Below the pieces are notes generated by a model. That model had not been told where the DNA came from. It searched no databases and saw only the letters and a list, made by a program, of their open reading frames with translations. The position numbers and the translations under genes were made by a program. A DNA stretch of 64,000 nucleotides from Eutreptiella sp. 'Long Island Sound 2002' (lineage: Eukaryota > Protista > Euglenida). Location: assembly GCA_964036045.1 (NCBI GenBank), contig OZ038378.1:20088001-20152000 (forward strand), given 5' to 3'. This document shows, piece by piece, positions 22,540 to 34,810 of this stretch; the first letter of the stretch is position 1, and each line of letters begins with the position of its first letter.

Positions 22540-25300
22540 ACCATTTTTGAGCTGCCGAGGCTATAAGACTGCATAAGCAGGTTGTGCCCCAACCCCCTTG
22601 GGAGCCACCCCCCCCCCACCCCCACCCACCCAAATAAGGTGAAAAACACATAAAGAGGGGCTAAAACATGCTTTACATAGGATATTTGGTCATTGTGGAT
22701 TGTCACAGTGTCAAAATAATCAGTTTCAGAAATTCCATTTTTGAGTTGCCGAGGCTGGAAAACGGCATGAGCAGGTTGTGCCCTAGCCCCCTTGGGAACC
22801 CCCCCCCCCAACATCCAAATAGGGTGCAAAACACATAAAGAGGGGCTAAAACATGCTTTACATAGGATATTTCATCATTGTGAGTGGTCACAATATCAAA
22901 AAAAACTTTTGCAAAATTTTCCATTTTTGACCTGTAGAGGCCAGAAAACTGCTCAAGCAGTTTGTGCACAAACCAAATGCCATTGAACCACCTACAAACA
23001 GCAATTTTGAAGCTTTTGGGGGGCCCATGGCTCGGGCTAGATGGGCCCAGTGGCCACTATGTGGGTTCCCATGGGCACTCAAGTACCCGTATTGTCACCA
23101 AATGATCACCCAAACCCATTCTGGAGGAGAAGAAGGGTTTCCGAAAAAGTCGAAATGTGAAAATTCTATTGCCTTTGGCAAGTCCACCTCGCAGAGAATC
23201 TACCCCAAGCAACACACACCCAAAATAGGGTAAAAACTACATAAATACGGGCTAAAACATGCTTTACATATCTTGGATGGTCATTTGAGGTGATCACAAT
23301 CTCAAAAAAACAAGTTTCGGAAACTTCGATTTTTGAGCTGCCCAGGGTGGAAAAAGTGCATGAGCAAGTTGTGTACCAATCCCATTGGACCCCCCCCCCC
23401 GCACCAAATACCCAAATAGGGTGAAAAACACATAAATACGGCCTAAGGCATGCTTTACGTATCTTGGATGGTCATTTTAGGTGAATAGAAATAAGTTTCG
23501 AAAACTTCAGTTTTCGAGCTGCCCAGAGTGAAAAACTGCATACGCAGGTTGTGTACCATTCTCTTGGGAGCCCCCCCCCCCCCCCCCGCGCCCGATACCC
23601 AAATAAGGTGAAAAACACATAAATACTGCCTAAAAAATGCTTTACATACCTTGGATGGTCATTTTAAGTGATCACGGTATCAAAAAAATAAGTTTCGAAA
23701 ACTTTGATTTTTGAGCTGCACAGGGCGAAAAAAAGACAAAGGAAAAGCAGGTTGTGTACCACTTCATTGCCCACCCCCCCCACAATCCCCAAATAGGGTG
23801 AAAAACACATAAACACTGCCCAAAAAGTGCTTTACATAGCTTGGTCGGTCATTGTGAGTGGTCACAATGTCAAAATAAGTTTCGGAAACTTCGTTTTTTG
23901 AGCTATATAGGGCGAAAAACTGCATGAGCAGGTTGTGTACCACTACATTGGGTCATTCTAGGTGAATAGAAATAAGTTTCGAAAACTTCAGTTTTCGAGC
24001 TGCCCAGAGTGAAAAACTGCATACGCAGGTTGTGTACCATTCTCTTGGGACCCCCCCCCCCCCCGCGCCCGATACCCAAATAAGGTGAAAAACACATAAA
24101 TACTGCCTAAAAAATGCTTTACATACCTTGGATGGTCATTTTAAGTGATCACGGTATCAAAAAAATAAGTTTCGAAAACTTTGATTTTTGAGCTGCACAG
24201 GGCGAAAAACAGGCAAAGGAAAAGCAGGTTGTGTACCACTTCATTGCCCCCCCCCCCCCCCCCCCCACAATCCCCAAATAGGGTGAAAAACACATAAACA
24301 CTGCCCAAAAAGTGCTTTACATAGCTTGGTCGGTCATTGTGAGTGGTCACAATGTCAAAATAAGTTTCGGAAACTTCGTTTTTTGAGCTATATAGGGCGA
24401 AAAACTGCATGAGCAGGTTGTGTACCACTCCATTGGGTCATTTTAGGTGAATAGAAATAAGTTTCGAAAACTTCAGTTTTCGAGCTGCCCAGAGTGAAAA
24501 ATTGCATACGCAGGTTGTGTACCATTCTCTTGGGAGCCCCCCCCCCCCCCCGCGCCCGATACCCAAATAAGGTGAAAAACACATAAATACTGCCTAAAAA
24601 ATGCTTTACATACCTTGGATGGTCATTTTAAGTGATCACGGTATCAAAAAAATAAGTTTCGAAAACTTTGATTTTTGAGCTGCACAGGGCGAAAAACAGG
24701 CAAAGGAAAAGCAGGTTGTGTACCACTTCATTGCCCCCCCGTATGGTGACGTGTGAGCTGTCACGTGTGTGTTGGTTGAGACGAAATCAGCACAACAGGC
24801 AGCACATGCAGATCACAAGAAGGAGAGGAAAAGCTTGTCAAGAGCCGAGACGGCCCTAGGCGCCTTTCGCAAAAAGTCGAAAAAAAAATAGACACTCAGA
24901 AAGCCCCCCCCCCCCCCCACAATCCCCAAATAGGGTGAAAAACACATAAACACTGCCCAAAAAGTGCTTTACATAGCTTGGTCGGTCATTGTGAGTGGTC
25001 ACAATGTCAAAATAAGTTTCGGAAACTTCGTTTTTTGAGCTATATAGGGCGAAAAACTGCATGAGCAGGTTGTGTACCACTCCATTGGGTGACCCCCCCC
25101 CCCCCTTCCCGGCGCACCCAATACCCAAATAAGGTGAAAAACACCGAAATACTGCCTAAAACATGCTTTACCTACCTTGGAGGGTCATTTTAGGTGATCA
25201 CAATATCAAAAAAAAAATAAGTTTCAGAATCTTCGATCTTTGAGCTACCCAAGATCAAAAACTGCAAAGTCATTTCGCGTCTTTGGCACGGGTTTTGACC
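22540..25300. repeat. Tandem ~190-bp subunits (core CCCAAATAGGGTGAAAAACACATAAA...CATGCTTTACATA) with a ~480-bp higher-order repeat in three copies starting near 23470, 23951 and 24437
   Basis: About 11 recurrences of the core; GGTCATT(T/C)TAGGTGAATAGAAATAAG recurs at ~481 and ~486 bp spacing. Confidence 0.9.
24741..24903 (-). mobile_element. 163-bp retroposed insert starting with a euglenid spliced leader (CTTTCTGAGTGTCTATTTTTTTTTCG, 24903-24878)
   Basis: Matches the Euglena SL ACTTTCTGAGTGTCTATTTTTTTTCG apart from the missing first A and one extra T. It is not followed by GT, so it is not an SL RNA gene. It sits in a poly-C run that is empty in the two sister repeat copies. Confidence 0.85.
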
Positions 25301-28300
25301 GGCCCTCGGCAAGGCTACAGACAGCAAAAAACGTCCTTTCGTATCCTAGTAGGCATATACTAGCACAACATCCCCACTCACACCCCTCACAGTGGGTACC
25401 ACGGGGTCACCGAGGTCGCCAAAACCGCCAACATACCAAAAATGGCTGAAAAGTGCATAAACTGTAGAAGCGTTCGTCCCACTCCATCCCATACAAACCC
25501 CATGGAGTCGGGACCCGGAAACACGTTTTCGGCTCAAAATAAAAAAAAACCAAAAGATTCATTATTTTCAACCCAAAAAAAGGGGGGGGTCGTTTTTTGA
25601 CACCCACCCCCCACCCCCCACCTCCCTTAAAACCCCCAAAAAGTGGGTTTCAAGTGGGGGGGGGGGTTGGGGGGGGGGGGTCCGGACCAAAAACTCATTG
25701 GGGGATGCTTTTATTGTACAAAATAACAATTTCACAAGGGGTTAAACTAACCATTCGATCCCGTAGGGTAGGGTAAAAGGCCCAAAAGGCCCAAAATGGG
25801 GGCTATGTGGTGTTTTCCCCTATATACGCCTGCCTGGCTTTGATCTAATAACCTCTGCGAGATGATTTTTCAAAATAGCCTACACAACAACAATTTTGGG
25901 GGTTTTGGAGGGCCCATGGCACCTGCTACATAGGCCTAGCAGCCACTACGTGGGTCCCCATGGGTGCTCAAGTACCCGTCTTGTCACCAAATGATCACCC
26001 AAACCCATCCTAGGGGCAACGGAAGGGTTTCATGAAAAATCGAATTTCGAAAACTTTCACGTGCCACGAAATACCCTATCCAGTGTGAAAACGGCCCAGT
26101 CCTCACTGGCAAGGGGCCATATGGGGGGGGCGAGTGGGGGTACCTGGAGTTGGGACCCGGGACCCCCACCATGGGTTAGGGGGTCCATATACAAGAAAAA
26201 AATTCTTCAGGACCGAGGTCCAAATACACACACAGCAGCCGGAATACGCAAAGAAGTTTTTACCCCCCCCCAAAAAAAAGGGGTACCCAGGTGCATGGGG
26301 GAATGGGGGTCAAAATCAAAACAATCATTGGGGGATCATTTTTGGTCCTAAAATGATGATTTTACAGGGGGTTAGACGTTAGAAACCATACATTGGGGTA
26401 TGCTACGCGAACGACCCCCCAAAAAGGGGGGTATACGACGCTCGCGCCTGCGCTTGATCTAACAACCTCTCTTCGAGGTGAGTTCCTTACATTACGCATA
26501 TTCACAATCAAGTCTCGGGCTCACACAATCGCATTGCAATGTGCATGCTTCTTGCAGACAAGCGTGCTTGTACCAGCAATGAGCGCAGTTACAAGAGCAC
26601 GCTCCTTACCAAGACAAAGTTGAGCACCGCATGCAAAAGCAAGTTGAGAAATAAGAAATCAGTGACAACACGGCAAGCACTGATATAATATGTGAGAGAT
26701 TGGCACCACCATGTCAAGAGGGCAAACCAGCACGGTGTGTGTACTGCGGAGGACTTTGGAACAAAACCTGGGCAAATGTCTTGCTTTTGCCAGGCCTCAT
26801 CAGAAAGCTGCAGGCGGCTGCGAACGTGTTGCCACCAACAGTACCAAGGGTATCCATTTCTCAATGTGCGTACATCGGCTTGCATCCATGCCACACAAGG
26901 TGAGGCGCTTGTGGGCGCTACGGGTATTGGTAGGAGGACGATAGGATAGTTTGGTGACTATGCAGATTCGCATGGTACGCAAGAGGGATGCAGAATTCGT
27001 GCATCGGAGCCAAATAGCGAAAAGGAAGGACAGGACAGGGGTCAAGGTGGATATTCCTGTTGAAGATTTTGTGGCTTACATACGACTGATTTTCAAGGCA
27101 CATACCATTTGAGCTTTGGAGGGAGTACTGTCCGCGATGCACGCATGGTGAGCGCACAGTGTGTGTATTGGGGTTGTTCCCTGGAGTCAGCCTAGGGCAA
27201 GAAGAGGAAGGCTCCTGCAAGACCCGCAGGCCGACTCAAGAATAATGCCCTTTTGCGGAAATCACCCATGCATATTGCAACCTACGTACATCACATTGTA
27301 GCAGACGGTCCCATTGTTGTTGGGTGTTGTGAAGAAACCGCTTGAATCCAATGAATATGGTACGTGGCTCGTTCATAGGCAAACAAAGAACCTAATCAAT
27401 CACCACACACAAATCACACGGCAATAGAGCCCACCCACATTCACTCCTCCATTGTGTGGTGCGTGGAGCGAGCCCTCGGTCCTTCATCGGACCTTGGACC
27501 AACGCACTTTGGCACACGGACCGCAACATATTCCTTGCAGTGCATGTGGTTGCATTCGGGATACATGGTTCATCCCGGGCTAACACCGCACCAACACGAC
27601 CTCACCCTTCACCAATGGATCACATGTACGATTGGATATGACCTTAATGATCACGTAGTGCCTTCTGATTCCGTTTTCGCCAACCTCTTAGGACATGCTC
27701 TTTCGAGTATCCGGACATCCATCCTCTCACGCACATTCAATCACGCCCCCTTGGCCCGCTGGGTTTGCTGATATAGAAAGGATTATAACCTCCAGCACGG
27801 CGTTGTGTTGCCTAGCATTGGGCATACGTATGGCGTTGGTGCAGCGTTAATCTTGGAGAGAGTAGAAGCAGTGTGTCATACTATGCCATGGCATGGTTTG
27901 TTTGCATGGCAAATCTGGTGTTCAGCTGAAATGGGTTGTAGATACCCTTACAGGCCAGTGTAATTACTCCAAGCATTGATTTTTACCTGCACTCTCATGC
28001 GTGTCGAAACTACTTGATTTGGGTGCCATGAATAGGCCTACCTTGGCCTGCCGATTGTGGTCCTTATTTGCTTGATGTCAATCCACACACTTTTGCTTAA
28101 ACCTTTGCCACAAACTTTTGCGTAAAAGGCACACACAGGGCATTACATACATTGACGAACATCAACCATGAAATAGGGAACAGTGCACGTTCATGAACGT
28201 CAGTGGCAATTGATTTGTGCGTGTGTGTTACGTGGGGAGGAGCAAGGGACAGCATCGGCCAAGCAAGACGACTGAGTGGGGAACGTGAAAAGTGTTGGGG

Positions 28301-30249
28301 ATCCTGCGCTAAGCCTTCAGACATCGAATCAATAATTGTGCTGCGGTTTCAGTGTTTGTGGGGTGGGGGTGGGGGGTTATAGCGGAACGCAGGGAGGACC
28401 AGAAGGGGGGCATCCTGGACGAGTAATTCATCAATGGAGCATGGAGTGCTGATGGAGAGGACAAGGTATGGTGAGTATGGTGCTTGGGGGAGCCGTTGGG
28501 AGGCCACTATTGAATTTTTGGTTGGGCTATCGGCTTATTTTTAGCGGGGGGGGGGGGGGGTTCAATGGAGCTGGGATTCCAGGGGACAGAAGCCGGTTTT
28601 TTTTTCCACCAGGTGCGTTGCTGACCAAAATAATATTGTTTTGCAGCCAAGATCATTTGTGTTCGGAGACCCATCCAAAAATCGGTTCAGTTATGACCGC
28701 ATCGCTCCGTTTTAGAACGCGAAACAGTGTGAAAACCTTTCCAAACGTCCGCCGAAAATCCGCCGCATGCTAAGCGTGGCCTGTGGCGCATGGGACCTTC
28801 TCCATGTCCCTCTTGGCCGTGGCTGACTCCGCGGCTGGCATTCCCTGTGGCCGCGAGGAATATCCCTGCGGTTAGCCCCTGCAGTTGAAGATGTTTGACG
28901 GGGTGTGGGCCACAGGTTTGCGTCGAGATTGGGCATGGAGAGGGGGATGGGTGTCACAACAGAGTGCAGAGTGCGTACCCATGGGTGTCCAGCTGATAGC
29001 CCAATCTTCTGTTCTGACCAGCGGTCGTTCCCAGAGCAAGGCAGGTCTCCACCGCATACCCTGGCCCTCATCCAACTTCTGTCCTCTGGTGGAGCGGTAT
29101 TGTGCAGGCCCAGAAGGGTTTTGTCGTGAGCGGGGCTGAAGACGGGGACGGGGACATAAATCAGGGAGGGAGATGCGGATGGAGAAGGGGGGGGGTATGC
29201 CGACTGTGATTGGGGCGGAGGGCTGTGGCGAGGACGGGGATGGTGATGGAGCGGTTGAAGAAGACGAAATCGGGGCTGGAGACGGGACTGCAGACAGCTC
29301 TGACGCACGAACGCAGAGAATCAGAGAGCCCGAGAGTCCGGACATGTTCGGGGCAAAGCCGTATGCATTCGGTATAGTCATGGTGGCTGTTGGGCTGTGA
29401 GCGGACATGCCCACTGTAGATGCGCTCTTTGAATCACGTTGTGCGCCCTCCTTTGCTCTGCAGAGGGCTGCTTGGATACCCCACACAGCCAAAGCGTGAC
29501 AAAAAAGCCACTTATACTGCAGTTGCACCGTCGGTAGAGGCACAGCACCACAGAGGATGAACAATTCCCCACTTCCCAAAATGTGGGTTTCTCGCAACGT
29601 GTAGAACAGTTTGTGCGCAGCGCTGAATTCTGACGCATCACTTGCCTACAGCTGCTGTGTGCATTTGAACCAGTTCCCATGAAGATGCTGAGGACAGTGA
29701 TCTCTCAAATCAGCTGTAACTCCTAAATTGATGGCCTACCACATGAAACACTAGCGTGACGCCACCACGAGAGCAGCCATTCGCAAATAATGAGCAGTCC
29801 ACTGCTGTGCTCGCTGCAGCGCACACGTTTCATTGTGTGCCAGTGAGGTCTAGGTGACGCAAATAGCAGGCCTCGCAGCGCCGCAGGACGCAACAGCTGC
29901 AGACATAGCTGTTGGTATTTGCGGTGTTAGACCGGACTGCATTGAGCCGCGGATGTCTGGCGCATTGCGAACCGGAGTACACCAACCCCACCGAAGCGGC
30001 AGAGCAGCAGAGCAGCAGCAATCAGAGCGGTCATGAACAGCTCCAAGAGCATGCTTGAGGGCGGGTGAAAAAGTGGTCTTCACTGGAATTCAGCGCCACG
30101 TTGTGGTCTGGCACCCGGTCAAAGGGAAGTTCAACAAGAAGTTGATGGCAAGTGCCGCAGGATCACCTTCTGTGTACAACAGCGCCACACCACATCACAT
30201 CAACAGGTGTCGCGCTGCGCGATATTGTTCGTGGCTTGTCTGCATTCCT

Positions 30250-33200
30250 TCACGTGCCGTACTCCCCTTGCAGCCACCGGCGCACAGTCACGCAGGCCTG
30301 TTCCACGGCGCCCCCTGGTGACTGCAACTGAGCCATCTCCGCCGCAGTGAAATCTTCCAAAACGAAATCACCTGCCGCCTGCCCCGGGGGCGAGCGACCT
30401 ATGCCAATCTTGACGCGCGTGTACTGAGGTCCAATAGTTTCCTACACACGTGGAAGCGTGCTGATCAGCAACAGGTGCAATCGGGACTGAGATGAGTCAT
30501 TAAGGCCCAGAAATCCCCGACATGGGCGGTAATAAGGTACCCGACAACGTTTCCAAGGAAAATTGGGAAAAGAGGGAAAATGGGAAATGGGGGGAAATGG
30601 GGGGGAATGGGGAAAAGTAGGGGGTAAATGGGGGGAAATGGGGGAAACATATTGGTAAAATGGGGGAAAATGGGAAAAAGTGTGGAGACCAGGGAACAAT
30701 TGGGGAAAGATATGGGAAAAAATTCTTCGCCACTTTTCCCCATTTCTCCCCATTTTTCCCTCCGGCCATCACCCAGTATACCCACCCCCTGTGTCCCATA
30801 AGCACTGAAAACCACCATTTTCAACTTTTCGGGGGTGGTTTGCCGCCATTTTCCCACTCGGTTTCCAAAAACGACACATTTTCACCCATTTCCCCCGATT
30901 TTTTCCATGTTTTCCCATATTTTGGAATAGCGTCCCAGCAAGGTCCCGGTAGTGGGGATGGGGTCATGGCGAATACTGCTGTGAGGTACTAACGTGGTCC
31001 ATCTAATATTCGTGGGGTCCGTGACCTGCAACAAGCAACCAAGAGCTCCAACTACTTCACCCCACCACCTCCCATCACCGGGACTGACAGCCTTTCGCCA
31101 AGAAGGACTCAATCGGAATGCCCATGCCTCATGTCCCCATGTGTAGCAGCCTACCTGGGCGGCAAGCACACTACGGCTGATGTATGTGATATCGGGCAAG
31201 GGGGGGGGGGGGGGCATCCTATTAATGCAACGGGTGCCCAGGGCATGTGCCCATGAGGTCCAAATCGCTGTTGTGTAAAGGGAGCATCGTATCTAACAGG
31301 ACAGTTACCTTTTACGGTCCAAGTCACCATTGTTCCGGAGGCGAGCTCCAGAGTGTGGATGAGGGCACCCGACCCCCTTGCTCCCTACACTAGACCCTTG
31401 GAGTAAGACACAACAGAGAGACCGGTCTTCCGGTGTCGTGTAGACTCGACCATCGCATGCTGACAAGGCAGCCACGTACGACACCGATTCCGTGCCCCAT
31501 GAAATGGGTCAAGAACATGTATATTTCTTATGTGTGCGGCGTGCAGTGCATGTCAAGGCCCCGGCAACGCGTGCTTTGTTGGATCGTACAAGCTGTCCCA
31601 ATGGCTGCATCCAGCCTTCCCCACTCCCCATCTCCATTTCCTACCCAGCGTTTACTTCCTACACCCCTCTCTATTACCAATCCACGCCTCACGGGCTCCC
31701 TCTATTGCTACCGAACCTCATTGCAGTGCAGCCAGGGAGGGTGAACCCGCACCACGCACACCGCGGAGGGTTTTGGACCAAACCCAGGCAAATGGTGTCC
31801 TTTTGGCAGGCCTCTTCAGAAAGCTGCAGCCTCGGCCTCCGGAGGAGGTGCGGGTCTTGCAGGAGCCTTCCTCTTCTTACCCTTGGCTGACTCCATGGGA
31901 CAACCCCAATACACACACCGTGCGCACACCACGTCCGGTACTCCCTCAAGAAGGCTGCCCCGATGGGGCGGCCCTGGAAAAGGGGGGCACCTCAATGCTT
32001 CGCAGACCATTGTGCCCTCCGCTGCTGCCGGACTTCCGGAAGCGCACCTTTGCAAACGGCAGGGCCAGGTCGTCGCACAGCACCATGACATCCGGCGCCG
32101 CAATGCCATGGGCCTTACAGAAAGCCGCAACATGCCCCCCACTCAAGTTCATGAATGTCCCTGGGAACAGCATGTGGACTTGCAACTCGGATGCTCCACG
32201 GAGGGGTGTGCCTGAGGGCGATGCGGTTGTGGGGTCCCCTGCAGAGACCACGTCGGGGATGGGAGGGGCTGCTGAGGCTGAGGCAGTTGTGAGAGGAGAT
32301 TCTGAGGGGGATGCGGCGCCGAGAGGTGCTTCTGGGGGGGGAGCTTCGGTTTGGGGGCTGTTTGATGGGGAGGGGGTGGATTGGGGTCCTTGCGACTGAG
32401 AAGGGGGTGCAGATGCCGGGTCTGAGGGGGAGGTGGTGGCGGATGGCACGGGCGATGCAGAGCTCTGCTTCGGTTCTCGTTTCTGTCGCTTCATCGGACG
32501 GACCGAATCTGAGGAAAAGGAGAGATACTGAGCGGAAGATACGAATTCCCGTACTTCCAGAGGGCAGGGGAGCAAAAGATGGCACACATGAGGACACGAG
32601 CACAAAATCATGGGACATGTTTCAGTTCAATGGAAAAAGCTCCGTCCTCTCGAATTTCAGGCAAAAGGACAGAACATGGTCATCTCTTTCATCGGTCGGC
32701 TTTCGGAGGCTACTGACAGAAGTGGTGAGTCAGCCGGCGGCGGTTTTCTGTCTCTCTGCTGAAATAAAACAAAGCCTGGCGGTCCACAAAAGAAGGCCCT
32801 GCAATCGCATCACACAATTCATGCCGCTGCCGCGGCCAGCTTGACGTCGTGCAGTTTCGCAACAAACCTGTGCTCTGGCAATGCGTCGTGTTGGAGCTGA
32901 ATGAAGCGACAGCACATTCAGGGCTGCCGGAGAATTGCTGCAAAAAGTACGGAATGCGGATATGACAGTTGGGGCGCCTTTGTAATACAGTGCGCACAAC
33001 GCAGTACGAGAGAGCGCATGCCGTACGTACAGGGCCGTGGTGCTCAGACAAGGCGATGCTCACGCATGCCCCGTCATACCACAAACGAGGAATGCACCAA
33101 AAATCCATCCAAATCCTGACCCAAATCAATGATCTCACAGCAGTGCATCACAAAACAATGTGCAGGCCCTAGCAGGCATGTTCTGGGGACTCTGTGTGGC

Positions 33201-34810
33201 CATCAGGGGCATCATGTGCTGTGGAATATCCGCCCTTTTCGGCCTTCTGCCTGATTGGAAACAAATGCACACGTTTACCTTTTGGGCAGGCTTTGGAGCG
33301 CCTTTGGTGCAGGTTCAGGAATGGATTGGGTTCCTGATGCCCTGGCACAAAACTGGCGTCCACAAATATTCTTTGTGAAGTCGAGCTTGCCCTCAAATAC
33401 ACGGCCCACGCCCCAAAATACCACAGGCAGCTTTGACCCAGACCTCGGACTCTGGCATTGCCTTCGCAAATCATGTGCGGTAAAATGGCAAATGTTCACC
33501 AGTCAGTAGGTGGTGCAGGAGGTTAAAGGTGAGGGGGAGTCACAGTGCATCCTGGACTAGATGGTACCCAGGTTGCTACCCAACGCCCCTCAGGGAAGCG
33601 CCGCACTTCAACTATCCCTGACACAAAGAGTCACCTTAGTCTGCACACCTTTGTGCACTTGGATGGCTGTGCGTTGCCACACAACTCTGTGCCAAACTCG
33701 GCAGCCAGTTTTCGAAGGACCTGAGAGCGCAAAGAGTTGTGGTCCATCAGGGGCGTAATAAGCGCTGCAGGCAATTGCCGGCCCATGCCATGCCGCGACA
33801 TCACAGCTCCCTGGATGGTATCACTGGTCATGTGAGGTTCAAACGTCCCAATGTGTTCATTCAACTCCTCCGGGGGTGCACAGACCGGTCAAATGTGAGC
33901 GGCAGCCCAATGATTTCCCTGAACAGCACCGGTGCTGCGGGCGCAAGCAGAGGTTGGGTCAAGCCGGCCCCAATGTGCACAGCCCAGTTGGTTCGGGGCA
34001 CCCCCTGGGCTGGTGCACACGAGGGAGAGAAATGCTTCTGATGCATCGCCGAAGCCTCTGCAAATTTGGAATTTGTTGGCCGGATTGCGCAGCTTTGCGG
34101 CGCCCACGGCCCTGCGCACAGGGATCGTCCAGCGTCTGACTCCGACAGCTGTCGACTGCTGCTGCCAAAATGTGAATACGACGCGTGCTGTTGCCTGCTA
34201 TTCTTCAAAGGCGAATGGCTCCCATGCAACTGCCCTCCCTGTCCGGAATAGCCCCCCCCCGCCCCCCCCCCTCCTACTCCGCCCCCCGTCCCTTCTGCAC
34301 CGCCATGATTCGCAGCCACACCAGGGGGTGGTCGTGAGACAGAACTACGGGGTCTGACAAGGGTGGCCGGCCGTTGGGGAGGGGAGGCTATGAGGTTGCG
34401 TCTTCCCGTTGATCTACGGGCCTCGAACAGTCCCCCCATCACATTCGTGGGCTCAGGCCAATCTTGTCGCGCGTGCCACTCTGGTTTTCCTCCGATTTGC
34501 TGAACGGCGCCCAGTAATTCTGCAAAGCGACAACCCATGCCTGCATCCACGCAAAAGAGATGACGGCTTCAACCACAGCAAGCCACTCCACATAGACTCA
34601 ACCAGGAGAAAACCACACCAAAAACAGGCAAAACAACACCAAACAACAATCACCGGGGTACAATACCACCATTCTGCCCAGACTGTGACCAGATGCCTGC
34701 GCCGTCCAGCACACAAATATTTGGCAACATACCAGCAACCCTGCATTATGGCGGGTGTTGGCATATTTTGCCCCAGGATTTCCCAAGCCAACAATAAGTC
34801 GTTGGGACAT
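30250..34810 (-). CDS. pth: Peptidyl-tRNA hydrolase (bacterial-type Pth), spliced. Exons 34810-34733, 33720-33659, 32867-(end uncertain, ~32830-32845), (~32560 or later)-31991, 30441-30250
   Basis: Motifs LIVGLGNPGAKYANTRHNAG, VLRKLAAEFG, SKFVAKLHD, FPGTFMNLSG, VLCDDLALPF, GSSGGHNGLRSI and YTRVKIGIGR; catalytic Asn/His/Asp/His are present. GT-AG phases fit except for the unresolved intron 3. Confidence 0.9.
30555..30920. repeat. Low-complexity fold-back: GGGAAAAT-type repeats followed by ATTTTCCC-type repeats (MITE-like) in pth intron 4
   Basis: Strand switch of the purine-rich motif near 30725. Confidence 0.7.

Larger units (their letters stand above)
22496..26481 (-). mobile_element. Nested cluster of the same Helitron/Helentron-like family: outer ends 22496/26481 (GAAGAG type), inner ends 23164/25865 (GCAGAG type), with internal ~190-bp tandem subunits
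   Basis: The terminal TTCTATTGCCTT(C/T)GGCAA..CACCTCG motif recurs at 22496 and 23164, and the opposite-end ...GAG(G/A)TGA motif at 25865 and 26481. Pairing of ends is inferred from subTIR variants. Confidence 0.6.

Noticed and set aside
24878-24903. SL RNA gene
   Set aside because: No GT donor or SL intron after the leader, and no tandem SL/5S unit.
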